Positions 38,265 through 46,915 of a DNA stretch of 64,000 bases are shown here, piece by piece. The stretch is taken from positions 1-64,000 of the IMG/VR virus record IMGVR_UViG_3300045049_000286. The stretch is one strand, 5' to 3'. This stretch comes from a virus. Position 1 is the stretch's first letter; every line of letters begins with the position of its first letter. The translations under genes and the position numbers were made by a program. Under the pieces are notes generated by a model. That model had not been told where the DNA came from, did no database searches, and saw only the letters and a program-made list of their open reading frames with translations.

Positions 38265-38801
38265 ATGCGAGACGAGAATGCGCTGCGCGCGCTGTGGGAC
38301 GCCCTGCCCGCCATCCAGTGCAAGGGCCTGTGTGATGACTCGTGCACCGCGATCGACATGAGCCCGCTGGAGCACGATCTGGTGCGCGAGGCCGGCGTCG
38401 ACATCCCCAAGCATGCGGTAACGAAGGACCAGCGATGCGTGGCGCTGGGGACGTTCAACCGGTGCCGCGTCTACGAGAGCCGGCCGACTGTGTGCCGGGT
38501 TTTCGGGCTGACCCGGTCCCTGTACTGCGGGCATGGCTGCGTGCCGGAGGGCGGCTTTTTGGAGGAGTACGACGCGATCCTGCGTCTGCAGCTCTCGATG
38601 CTCTACGGCGGGGCTTTCCCGGACGACCTCACCGAGGAGCGGTTGAGGGAAGTGGCTGCGCGGCCGGAGGTCCGTGCGAAGGTGCTGGCCGCTTCTCTGA
38701 GCATCGGATGGCCCCGGTTACCGCGCGCGTTGTGGAGTGAGAATGCGAGAGGCCCACCCCCGGCTCGGGTGGGCCTCTTCGTCATGCTGCCACGGCGCTG
38801 A
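38265..38801 (+). CDS. YkgJ-like cysteine-cluster protein
   Basis: CKGLC..SC...C..L....RC.VYE.RP.VCR.FG. Confidence 0.8.
   Translation: MRDENALRALWDALPAIQCKGLCDDSCTAIDMSPLEHDLVREAGVDIPKHAVTKDQRCVALGTFNRCRVYESRPTVCRVFGLTRSLYCGHGCVPEGGFLEEYDAILRLQLSMLYGGAFPDDLTEERLREVAARPEVRAKVLAASLSIGWPRLPRALWSENARGPPPARVGLFVMLPRR
38748..38778 (-). terminator. Intrinsic terminator
   Basis: 12-bp stem AGAGGCCCACCC/GGGTGGGCCTCT right after stop at 38782. Confidence 0.7.
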
Positions 38802-39768
38802 GTGTGCGCTCGGGCGGTTCGGTGTGCTCGGCCTGTTCTTGCTTGTCGGCGAGCTTCTTGGCCTTCTGTTCTTCCTTGATGCAGTGGATGCGGATGCTCT
38901 CTTCGCTGGGGAAGGGGAAGCCGGCGCCGTTGTCGTAGGTGGCGCAGCGTTCGTGCTTGGTGCAGCGGGCGCCCCAGGTAAGTCCGGCATCGTTGCCCCA
39001 CTGGATCTCGGTGATGTGTAGTCCGTGGTGGTCTGCGTGGCCTGCGCGGTTCTTGAGGTTGACCCAGTAGGGGGTGGGTGCGCCGGCGCGGTGGTCGAGG
39101 GGGCAGGTGACTTGGCGGAGTGCCGGGTTGCGGTGGCCGTTGTTGGGGCCGGCGCGCTTCTTCTGGACGGCTGGTGTTGGCTGGCTCTTGGCTGCCTGGG
39201 AGGCGGTGCCGCGTTGGGAGAGCTTGTTGATGTGCCCGTCGAGGCCCTTCTTGGTGGTGTAGCCGGCGAGGCAGCCGTCTACGCCGCAGGCGCCGTTGCA
39301 CAGGGCCTCGAAGGTGAAGCCGACGGGGCGGTAGGGCACGTGTTCCAAGGTGCTGTCGTGCTTGCGCTTGGCGTGCTCGCCTCGGTGGCTGTAGCGGACT
39401 GGGTCGCCGCACAGAATGCAGTCGACCATGAGGGCGGTGGTTGGGGTGTCGCCGTCGCGTTGCTCGGGCAGTGGGAGGGTCTCTTGGGTGCCGCGTGCGG
39501 GAGCCTCCTCGACTGCCGCCGGCGTGGTGAGGACCTTGGTGCGCGGTGTGCGCTTCTCGACCGGCGTGCGTGCGCTTCCGAGGAGTTCGGGGAGGGCTTC
39601 GATCCAGGCCCGGCGAGGGTAGGCGAAGTCCCACAGGATGGCGCAGTGGTCGCAGAGGTCGAGGACCTTGCCCTCATCGGTGGTGCGCTGGGCGTCGGCG
39701 GAGATGTTGTGCTGGCCGCGCTTGCTGTGCCAGTCGCAGGTGAGGGTGATCCTGACTTGCTCGGCCAT
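38782..39768 (-). CDS. Multi-zinc-finger protein with Lsr2-like N-terminus
   Basis: MAEQVRITLTCD...LDLC..C; CILC..H...H; C...C...GL..H. Confidence 0.65.
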   Translation of the reverse strand: MAEQVRITLTCDWHSKRGQHNISADAQRTTDEGKVLDLCDHCAILWDFAYPRRAWIEALPELLGSARTPVEKRTPRTKVLTTPAAVEEAPARGTQETLPLPEQRDGDTPTTALMVDCILCGDPVRYSHRGEHAKRKHDSTLEHVPYRPVGFTFEALCNGACGVDGCLAGYTTKKGLDGHINKLSQRGTASQAAKSQPTPAVQKKRAGPNNGHRNPALRQVTCPLDHRAGAPTPYWVNLKNRAGHADHHGLHITEIQWGNDAGLTWGARCTKHERCATYDNGAGFPFPSEESIRIHCIKEEQKAKKLADKQEQAEHTEPPERTLSAVAA

Positions 39769-40205
39769 CAGGCGGCTGCCTTACGCGTGCGCTTCTTAGT
39801 GATGGGGGTGACCTCTGCGTCGAAGGCCGACAGCGCCTTGCGCAGGAGGATCGCGCCGTCTGTACTGGCGCGGACGCTGACGCCGGTGTGGGAGATGCCG
39901 TGGGGGGCGACGAGAGCGGCGTTGCGGTTGGCGTACTCGCGGTCGCCGACCTTGCGGCCTCGAAGGTCGACTGGGGTGGTGCGCTCCAGGTCGCACACGG
40001 GGCAGGCTTCGGTGACCTCGATGTAAGCCGCCTTGGCGACCTCCGCGTGGGGCAGGGGGCGGCCCCCTCGGCTGAACGGGGTGACGCGGACCGGCTTGGC
40101 ACGAATCCAGTCGTGGCGGCCGGCGGCGCACTCGGCCAGCTCGGCGGGGATGCCTTCGATGAAGCGCTCGGCCTCAGCGGTCGTGCACAGGTCGTCAACG
40201 CGCAT
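39768..40205 (-). CDS. Hypothetical protein with CPVC motif
   Basis: GGAGAGG RBS; overlap with next start. Confidence 0.7.
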   Translation of the reverse strand: MRVDDLCTTAEAERFIEGIPAELAECAAGRHDWIRAKPVRVTPFSRGGRPLPHAEVAKAAYIEVTEACPVCDLERTTPVDLRGRKVGDREYANRNAALVAPHGISHTGVSVRASTDGAILLRKALSAFDAEVTPITKKRTRKAAA

Positions 40206-40367
40206 GGCGGGGCCTCTCCTGTCGTTGCAGGTGTGGAACAGGCAACAAAAATAGCCACCCGGGAATGCAGATGGCCAGGAGGTAACGCATTTTGACTTGT
40301 GTTGGCGTGTTGGCTAGGCCGCGTGGGGGTGTCGTTGAGGGCTGCGACACCCCCCGGTTGCGGCAGG

Positions 40368-41225
40368 TCAGGAGCGCTTGGAGTGGATCTCGTACAGGGC
40401 GATGGCTGCCCCGTTGATGCGGGCATTGCCCTCCTTGTCGCGAGCGGCGAAGCCCTTGCGGAGCAGATGGTCGGTGTTCTTGGTGCCTTCGGGGGCGAGG
40501 AGGCCGCCGTTGGCGATGGCGCGGGCGATGTTGGTCAGGGAGGACTTGGAAGCGACGTCGGCGTTGTCCTGCGCGTGCGCGATGTCCTTCTTGCTGGGGG
40601 TGGGCAGCTTGACTGGTGTGACGCCGGCGCTGGCGAGGCGTTCGCGGATGCGGCGGTCGAGTCCGGCGAACTCGGGGGTGCCCTGGGCGTAGAAGGCGCT
40701 GCTGATGTCGGCTGGGATGCGTCCCCTGGCGGGGGCTGCGCCTACGCCGTAGGTCTTGGCTGCCCAGGCGCGGATGGCGGAGGAGTTCGGGTCGCGGGCG
40801 GCGTTGGGGTCGCGTCCTGGCAGCGCCGGCTCTGTGCTGGGGAGTGGGGCCGTGGTGGTCGGCTCTGGTGTGGCGGCTGTGGCGGGCGTTGACGCGAACT
40901 CAGCGGGGGGGCGGAAGAGGTCGAGTGGGTTGTAGCTGGGGGTGGCGGCGCGTCGGGTGAGGTTCTCGACGCGGGCGGCGTGGTGGGCGAAGGGGGCGAC
41001 GTGGTCGCTGTTGGGGGCCGCGTGCTTTGCGGCCGGTCGGCGGCGGGGCACAATGCGGGCGTGCTTCACGAATGGGTCGAGGGCCTTCTGGAGCCGCTCC
41101 TTGTTTTGGGGGCTGAGGTCGATCTCGTAGGTGACGTCGCCTACCGCGAACGTGACGCATTCAGCGGCGGTCTGCCCATCAATGTCGTCTACGACTTGTT
41201 CAACTTTCACGATTTTGCGCGCCAT
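40368..41225 (-). CDS. lsr2: Lsr2 family nucleoid protein with long linker and C-terminal extension
   Basis: MARK...VDDIDG...VTF...YEIDLS..N..L..AL.PFV; AIRAWA...ARGRIP. Confidence 0.9.
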   Translation of the reverse strand: MARKIVKVEQVVDDIDGQTAAECVTFAVGDVTYEIDLSPQNKERLQKALDPFVKHARIVPRRRPAAKHAAPNSDHVAPFAHHAARVENLTRRAATPSYNPLDLFRPPAEFASTPATAATPEPTTTAPLPSTEPALPGRDPNAARDPNSSAIRAWAAKTYGVGAAPARGRIPADISSAFYAQGTPEFAGLDRRIRERLASAGVTPVKLPTPSKKDIAHAQDNADVASKSSLTNIARAIANGGLLAPEGTKNTDHLLRKGFAARDKEGNARINGAAIALYEIHSKRS

Positions 41226-41726
41226 AAGCCCGGTCCTGTTCGGTCGCGTGGTGCGTCTGGATAGGTGCGTCCTGCAGGTGCCTTGTGTCGTGCGCGGGAC
41301 GCTGCGTCTACACGCGAAGGTACCGCATTTTTGTGAGTGCGGAGTGCGGCGCGCTGGGGTCTGTGGAGGGCTCGCGGGGGGCGCGCGGAGGTGTCGTGGG
41401 CCGCTCAATACCATGCATATGCAGGGCGTTTGCCCTTGGGTGTGACGTGCGCTACGCAACAGTGCAGCTCAGGTGCAGTGTGCTGGCTGCCGGCCAGTGA
41501 ATGGGGGAATGCGAATGTGGGCGCGGTGCATGGGGGGCGCTAAGGATGCGTTAAGGCCCCCTTTGCAGAACTTCCACAAGCTGAGTACACGCTGCCGCTT
41601 ACCGTACGTCCGCACCCCTTGGACAACGAGTAACGAAGGCCGAGGTCACACTTTTTGATCGTGACATCCGACATAGGCCGGGGCTAGACGCCACGCCACA
41701 TTCAGGTGATCTGACGACGGCAATCA

Positions 41727-41741
41727 TGCAGATCATCTGCA
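41727..41741. promoter_or_regulatory. Perfect 7-1-7 palindrome, candidate operator
   Basis: TGCAGAT-C-ATCTGCA in non-coding region upstream of lsr2. Confidence 0.35.
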
Positions 41742-41757
41742 GATTCCGCATATGACA

Positions 41758-41797
41758 AACGGCCGGCTGGGGGTGCATTTCCCCCCGACCGGCCGTT
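41758..41797 (-). terminator. Intrinsic terminator
   Basis: AACGGCCGG/CCGGCCGTT stem after stop 41809. Confidence 0.65.
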
Positions 41798-41808
41798 GCG
41801 ATGGAGCG

Positions 41809-42159
41809 TCAGACCAGCTCGCGCAGGCGCGCAGCGCGCTCGTCCAGGTGCGCGAGGATGTGCCGGCCACGCTCAACCAGCTCCGGGTACGCCAGGCCGT
41901 CCTCCTCGCCGTCGAGCAGCTCGGACACGTCGCTGATGGTGATGCGCTCGTAGGTCAGCAGCGTGGCGCCCTCGATCGCGGCGGCGACGAAGGCGTCGGT
42001 GGTGACCCCCATGATCTCCCCCGTCTCCAGCACCGTGACCGCGAAGGCGTCGCCGTCACTCTGGACGTAGACGCACGCCTCGGCGTCCCCAGTGCTGTCG
42101 ATGACCTCGAACCCATTAGGGAGGCTGCCGTAGGCCCATACCGGCGTCGTGGCGGTCAT
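41809..42159 (-). CDS. Hypothetical protein
   Basis: GGAG RBS; ATGA overlap. Confidence 0.7.
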   Translation of the reverse strand: MTATTPVWAYGSLPNGFEVIDSTGDAEACVYVQSDGDAFAVTVLETGEIMGVTTDAFVAAAIEGATLLTYERITISDVSELLDGEEDGLAYPELVERGRHILAHLDERAARLRELV

Positions 42160-42512
42160 TGCGGTGCTCCGTTCGTGGGAATGTCGGTCGGGATGGGTGG
42201 GTCCGTGTGGGGGTTCTGGGGGGCGCTCAGCATGCCGTCGGCGCAGCCGGCGAGCCAGCCGTCGTTGCGGTTGTAGTCCAGCGGCAGACCTTCGGTGTAC
42301 GCCTTCTGCTGGTCGTGCTCTATGCACAGGCGTACCGCGTCGTCCGTGTTCTTGGCGGTGGTGCCGCCGGCGACGATGTTCCAGCCGAACTGGTACCCGG
42401 GCGGGTAGTTGACGGTGCTGGCCACGCTGCCGGCGTTCGCGCCGGCGCAGGCGGTGAGGAACGCGAACGCCGCTGCGGCGGTGGCGGCGGCGAGTGCGGT
42501 GCGCGGTCTCAT
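42156..42512 (-). CDS. Putative lipoprotein
   Basis: MRPR + Ala-rich hydrophobic stretch + lipobox LTAC. Confidence 0.7.
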   Translation of the reverse strand: MRPRTALAAATAAAAFAFLTACAGANAGSVASTVNYPPGYQFGWNIVAGGTTAKNTDDAVRLCIEHDQQKAYTEGLPLDYNRNDGWLAGCADGMLSAPQNPHTDPPIPTDIPTNGAPQ

Positions 42513-42823
42513 TGTGGGTCTCCGAATCGCTCGGTCCAGCGCGCCAGCAGCTCCTCGGCCAGCGGCGTGACGGCCGTGATACGCCACGGGTAACTCACGT
42601 TGTAGAGGCGCTCGCCCGCATTTTCGGCCGTAATCCAGGTGACCGTGACCAGACCGTTGCCTTCCAGAACGCGGACCTGCTTGTTGTTCAACATGAGGTC
42701 GGCGCGCTCGATGGGCAGCTCGACGCTGCGGAGCTTGGCGATAAGAGCGGCCTGCTCCGGACTGAAAAACCGCGTCCCCTTCGGAGTGGGGTACGCGATG
42801 GTCTTGGTCTTGGGCTCGCTCAC
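42509..42823 (-). CDS. Hypothetical protein
   Basis: GAGGA RBS; overlap coupling. Confidence 0.65.
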   Translation of the reverse strand: MSEPKTKTIAYPTPKGTRFFSPEQAALIAKLRSVELPIERADLMLNNKQVRVLEGNGLVTVTWITAENAGERLYNVSYPWRITAVTPLAEELLARWTERFGDPQ

Positions 42824-42840
42824 AGGACTTCCTCTGATCG

Positions 42841-42891
42841 GGGATGTACGGCGTGCGCACCACCGTAGTAGTGCGCCACCGGTACGTCTCC
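42841..42891 (-). repeat. Long intergenic hairpin (family copy 1, diverged)
   Basis: GACGTAC..GCGCACTAC-TACG-GTGGTGCGC..GTACATCC on - strand. Confidence 0.5.
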
Positions 42892-42894
42892 GAC

Positions 42895-43380
42895 TCAGTC
42901 GGTGTCGGGCAACGGGTGCGTGGCGTGGAGCAGGCGCTCCTCGCAGTCGGTGCAGACCTTCTTTTCGGTGGTGCCGCCGCCCGGCTCGTAGACGGTGATG
43001 GTCTGGGTGCCCGGGTCCTGTTCGCAGTCCTCGCAGATCGGCCCGTTGTCGACGTCATGCTTCTCGATGATGGGCGTGAGGTCGACGCTCTCGACGGCCT
43101 CCTTGATGTCGTCGACTTCCTCATCCGCAGGCGGCTGGTAGGCCGGGTCGCTTCGGTCCGGCCCGTGGAACTCGTTGCCGACGAGCGAGATCCCCCGGGG
43201 AAGGGCGGCGTCGATCGCGGCGCGGTAGTCCCGCTCGATCCTGTCCAGCGCGCCGGCTGTCTCCATGCGCTCCAGCCACTCAGTGCTGCCGCCGTTGACG
43301 GCCTGGGTGACGGCGTCGCTTGGAGTGAGACCGTATCCGGTGCGGTTGTACCAGGTGCCGTAGGAGGTTGTGACGGTCAC
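42895..43380 (-). CDS. Hypothetical protein
   Basis: TTSYGTW...YRAAIDAALP.GISL.GNEF.GP; C-terminal CxxC pair. Confidence 0.7.
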   Translation of the reverse strand: MTVTTSYGTWYNRTGYGLTPSDAVTQAVNGGSTEWLERMETAGALDRIERDYRAAIDAALPRGISLVGNEFHGPDRSDPAYQPPADEEVDDIKEAVESVDLTPIIEKHDVDNGPICEDCEQDPGTQTITVYEPGGGTTEKKVCTDCEERLLHATHPLPDTD

Positions 43381-43392
43381 CAGGGCTTCCTT

Positions 43393-43680
43393 TCAGGTGG
43401 TGGGTGGTGGGGTCGGCACGTACAGGCGTCGCCCGCCGACGTCGATGTCGTTGGAGAAGCAGCGCTCCAGCAGGGCCACGCGCTGGTCGTAGTCCATGTT
43501 CGCGAGGTGGAATTCGAGGATCTCCATGGAGGTCTTGCCGGCCTCCTTCGCGGTGGCCCAGACCAGGCCGCCGGCGTCGCGGACGCGCTGCTCCAGCTCC
43601 CAGCTCAAGATGATCGCGCTGACGACCACCCCGGGCTGGCCTTCGTGCTCAACGAGCGTGTAGGTGGGCGTGTAGGGCAT
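43393..43680 (-). CDS. Hypothetical protein, paralog of 44317-44622
   Basis: YTLVEHEGQPGVVV...VGGRRLYVP. Confidence 0.7.
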   Translation of the reverse strand: MPYTPTYTLVEHEGQPGVVVSAIILSWELEQRVRDAGGLVWATAKEAGKTSMEILEFHLANMDYDQRVALLERCFSNDIDVGGRRLYVPTPPPTT

Positions 43681-43697
43681 GTACGCCCCTCTCGCGG

Positions 43698-44030
43698 TCA
43701 GTCCAGGTACTTCCTGCCGTCGATCTCTCCGATGCCGATGCGGCCGTCGCGGTAGTCCTCGTGGAGCGGCAGCATGAGGACCTTGTTGTCGGCCGTCCGG
43801 CAGCCGACCAGCACCCGCTCCGGGCTTCCCTCGCGAGCGCGGTCCAGGGCCTTCATGTGCTGGGCGACGTGCAGGTCTCCCACGTTCCAGACCACGAAGA
43901 CGTCGCCGTGCCACGCGCCGAGTTCGTCGATCGCCTTCTCGTAGTCGGCGCGCACCCGTGTGGTGTTGAAACTGGAGTCGGCGGTGATCGTGTTGTCCTC
44001 GCCGATGACGGCCTTCATGACCACGTACAT
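43698..44030 (-). CDS. Hypothetical protein
   Basis: GC3 bias; TGATG overlap. Confidence 0.65.
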   Translation of the reverse strand: MYVVMKAVIGEDNTITADSSFNTTRVRADYEKAIDELGAWHGDVFVVWNVGDLHVAQHMKALDRAREGSPERVLVGCRTADNKVLMLPLHEDYRDGRIGIGEIDGRKYLD

Positions 44031-44320
44031 CAGGGGTTCATTCCCTTCTCCAGGCGACGGTAGAAGTCGCGCAGCTCTTCCTCGGCCGCGTTCTGCGCCC
44101 GCTGCGTGGCCGTGTGGCCGGCTCCGTCGGGGCTGCAGCGCACACCGTCCGGGGTGGTGCGGCTGCTGGGGAACAGGACGAACAGCCGGACGTCGGTGGG
44201 TTCGTCGAACGGCTCCCTCGGCTTGCCGATGCGGAACAGTTCAAGGTCACCGACGGTTCCGATCGTGACGCCGCTCTTGTTCACGGCCCAGGTGATCTTG
44301 GGTGCCGGGCGGGGGCTCAA
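44030..44320 (-). CDS. Hypothetical protein
   Basis: AAGGAG RBS; TTG start overlapping upstream stop. Confidence 0.65.
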   Translation of the reverse strand: MSPRPAPKITWAVNKSGVTIGTVGDLELFRIGKPREPFDEPTDVRLFVLFPSSRTTPDGVRCSPDGAGHTATQRAQNAAEEELRDFYRRLEKGMNP

Positions 44321-44622
44321 TCTACGCTCTCCTTCTTCTCTCGAAGCGGGATGTACATGCGGCGTCCATCGACGATGACCTTGCGGGTGAAGCCGGTCAT
44401 GTGGGCGCCGTTTTCGACGTCGGGGACGATACCGCCGGCCGAGGCGAAGCGGTCGTTGATCGCCTCGGCCGCCTCATCGGCCTCACTCCAGTCCTCGTAG
44501 ACGACGCCGCAGTGCTGGGTGATCTTGGCGCGCAGCACGGCCCCGGTGAAGGCGACCGCGACGACGCAGCCGGGGACGTTCTCGTGCTCGGCGAGGGTGT
44601 AGTACGAGGGCCTCTCGGCCAT
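44317..44622 (-). CDS. Hypothetical protein, paralog of 43393-43680
   Basis: YTLAEHENVPGCVV...VDGRRMYIP; GGAGG RBS. Confidence 0.7.
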   Translation of the reverse strand: MAERPSYYTLAEHENVPGCVVAVAFTGAVLRAKITQHCGVVYEDWSEADEAAEAINDRFASAGGIVPDVENGAHMTGFTRKVIVDGRRMYIPLREKKESVD

Positions 44623-44659
44623 CGGCTGGCCTCCGTTTCTGTTGCGTCCTTGCGGTCCG

Positions 44660-45394
44660 CTAGAAGCGGATGTGCCGCTCGAACGCGGCCGGCACCAGGT
44701 AGGGCAGGCTCGCGTGGGCGGCGGCGCGGTGCTCGTCGCACAGGCCGCCCTCGGCGATGTCACCGCAGCGCTGGACGCCGTCGGCGTCGCCGGTGACCCA
44801 GGTGCAGTTCCCGTCCTCGGCCAGCGTCCAGATCTCCTCGAACCGAGCCTGGGTCAACGGCTTCTCGGTCCACCACTTCGGAGTGTGCTTCGTGCTGGCG
44901 AACTTCGGGTCGAACTCCTCCCCGTCCTCGGCCGTCAGTCCGTGCCAGCCGTACTCCATCGAGCCATCCGGGTAGACCAGGACGCGCCGCCGCTCCTCCT
45001 GGTCGTCCTTGCGCTCGTTCTCGATGTACACCTCGACGGGGTAGCCGAGCTGCGGGGTGTCGCGGACGAAGTGGCGCCAGACGCCGGGGAAGCCGCCTGC
45101 CTTCTCGATGCGCTTGCACTCCATGTACTCGTCGAACTGCGCGGCGGTGATGTCGCCCCAGTTCATCGTCTGGCCGATGGTGCGCCGGCACTCCTCCTCG
45201 GTGGCGACGCTGATGAGTTGGCCCTCAGCGTCCTTGTACATCAGCCCGTAGAGGTCCTCGATTGCTGCGACGCGGCGCTGCAGCTCGGGCCAGTTGTCCT
45301 CGGTGACGTGGCGCATCTGGACGTGCGCGGCGACGGCCGGGAAGACGATGGGGTACTCGCCGATGTTCGGCATGAGGTTGAAGGTCTCGGTCAT
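44660..45394 (-). CDS. Hypothetical protein
   Basis: GAGGAG RBS; 244 aa; C-terminal C..C..CxxH. Confidence 0.75.
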   Translation of the reverse strand: MTETFNLMPNIGEYPIVFPAVAAHVQMRHVTEDNWPELQRRVAAIEDLYGLMYKDAEGQLISVATEEECRRTIGQTMNWGDITAAQFDEYMECKRIEKAGGFPGVWRHFVRDTPQLGYPVEVYIENERKDDQEERRRVLVYPDGSMEYGWHGLTAEDGEEFDPKFASTKHTPKWWTEKPLTQARFEEIWTLAEDGNCTWVTGDADGVQRCGDIAEGGLCDEHRAAAHASLPYLVPAAFERHIRF

Positions 45395-45396
45395 GA

Positions 45397-45714
45397 TCAG
45401 TTCTCCTCGGGCAGTAGGCCGTGCTCGGTGAGGTACTGGCGGTCGGCGGTGTTCTGGTTGAGCTTGGTCTGGTAGGTGCTGGTCGCGCCGGTGGCGGCGT
45501 GCCGTTGGATGGCGGCTTGGACGAGATTGCCGAGGGCGTCCCAGGCGTCGTGCTCCATCTCGAAGGGGCGGCAGTCCATGGTGGAGATCCGGCGGAAGAG
45601 GTCGGCTGCGGTGACGAGGTCCTTCACTTCCGGCGAGGGGTCGGGCAGGAAGTGGTGGGCTACGCCCCAGGGCTTGTCGTGCAGCTCGCTGGACATCACG
45701 GTCTTGATCTTCAT
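45397..45714 (-). CDS. Hypothetical protein
   Basis: GC3 bias. Confidence 0.65.
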   Translation of the reverse strand: MKIKTVMSSELHDKPWGVAHHFLPDPSPEVKDLVTAADLFRRISTMDCRPFEMEHDAWDALGNLVQAAIQRHAATGATSTYQTKLNQNTADRQYLTEHGLLPEEN

Positions 45715-45988
45715 CCCCAGATCACCCCGGCTTCGTGGCGGTTGAAGGAGTCCATGTAGAAGTGGTGGTGCTCGGAGGAGCCGGCGTCCTTGGCCTTCTT
45801 GGGTGGGCGTTCTGCCAGTCGTAGACGCCCTCGGCGATGCCGTTGCGCTTGTCGGCGAGCTGCCACGGGGAACGTGCGCCGCAGGTGCGGTAGATGCTCG
45901 ACATGTACGTGCCGGTCTTCTCGGGGAAGGCGATGGAGCCGCCCGTACCGGGCGGGGTCTCCAGGTTGGTTCCGTGCTCGTTGGGCAT
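45711..45988 (-). pseudogene. Gene with apparent 1-nt frameshift near 45802
   Basis: GC3-biased frame switches after NAH; second frame (PKKAKDAGSSEHHHFYMDSF..) ends in ATGA overlap with next gene. Confidence 0.6.
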
Positions 45989-46080
45989 GCGCCTCATCCT
46001 TGCATCACTGGCCGACAATGGCGGCTGACTTGCGCTTATCCGTTTTTTGTGCGGAATTCTCAGGGCCTATCCGGCCTCGG

Positions 46081-46425
46081 TCAGTAGTCCTGGACGTACA
46101 CCACGAAGGGGTGCCGGGCGTTGGGCCCCTCGGCGGGGCGCAGGCGGTAGATCTGGTCGGGCTTCTCGCTGGGCTGGGGCGCGCCATCGGCCGCGCCGCG
46201 TTTCCACACGAGCATGAGGGCGGCGCCGGTGGCGTCGGGCCAGGTCTCGCGGCGGCGGTGCTCATCGCGGGTGAGCTTGGGGACGCCCTGCTCGAACAGG
46301 ACGCCCTCCTTCTCTACCGCGCGCCGACGCAGGACGCGGTGGGCGACCTCGACGCTGGGGAACTCCTCGATCGGCCGCACGACCGGAACGTTGCCGGGGC
46401 GTGGGTGGAACTGGGCGTAGATCAC
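46081..46425 (-). CDS. Hypothetical protein
   Basis: AGGAGG RBS before GTG. Confidence 0.65.
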   Translation of the reverse strand: MIYAQFHPRPGNVPVVRPIEEFPSVEVAHRVLRRRAVEKEGVLFEQGVPKLTRDEHRRRETWPDATGAALMLVWKRGAADGAPQPSEKPDQIYRLRPAEGPNARHPFVVYVQDY

Positions 46426-46462
46426 GGCGCTGCCTCCTGTCGGGGTCCTGCGGTGGAAATGA

Positions 46463-46492
46463 CGAAAGCCCCCACCTGGGCGGGGGCTTTCG
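46463..46492 (-). terminator. Intrinsic terminator
   Basis: CGAAAGCCCCC/GGGGGCTTTCG stem. Confidence 0.75.
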
Positions 46493-46504
46493 CGGGCGCG
46501 GTGG

Positions 46505-46828
46505 CTATTGCTTGACCGGGGTGACCGGGACGTAGGTGCCGACGCTGCACGACGCGACACCGCTGGCGGAGATCACTGGGGAGGTGACGGTGTCGACGTA
46601 GTTGATGTTGACGTACGGCCCGCTGTTGTAGCTGCTGGACACGCACACGCCGAGCGCGGCCGGGGTGCTGTCCTTGGGCGCCGGCGCGGCGTCGCCCTGC
46701 GGACCTCGGGGGCCGGCGACTCCCCTTGCGCCCTGCACGCCACGGGGGCCGGCGTGGGTGAGAGAGACGGTGAGCGATGCGGCAGACAAGGCCACCGCGA
46801 CGGCGGCGAGGCTTATGAGGGCCTTCAT
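46505..46828 (-). CDS. Secreted/membrane-anchored collagen-repeat protein
   Basis: Signal-like N-terminus then GPRGVQGARGVAGPRGPQGDA. Confidence 0.75.
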   Translation of the reverse strand: MKALISLAAVAVALSAASLTVSLTHAGPRGVQGARGVAGPRGPQGDAAPAPKDSTPAALGVCVSSSYNSGPYVNINYVDTVTSPVISASGVASCSVGTYVPVTPVKQ

Positions 46829-46915
46829 GAATGCTCCGTGGAGAGGCGGTGAGGTGAATGTGCGTGGATGTTATCGGGTGAGCGGGGAAATGCGCCGCCG
46901 TTCCTTGGCGATGGG

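Noticed and set aside
38718-38720. In-frame TTA codon (bldA control) in the YkgJ-like gene
   Set aside because: Single codon in a poorly biased C-terminal tail overlapping a terminator; host genus unproven
46090-46101. Extra CTGGACGTACAC copy matching the hairpin family
   Set aside because: Lies inside a coding 3' end and I see no partner arm; may be chance
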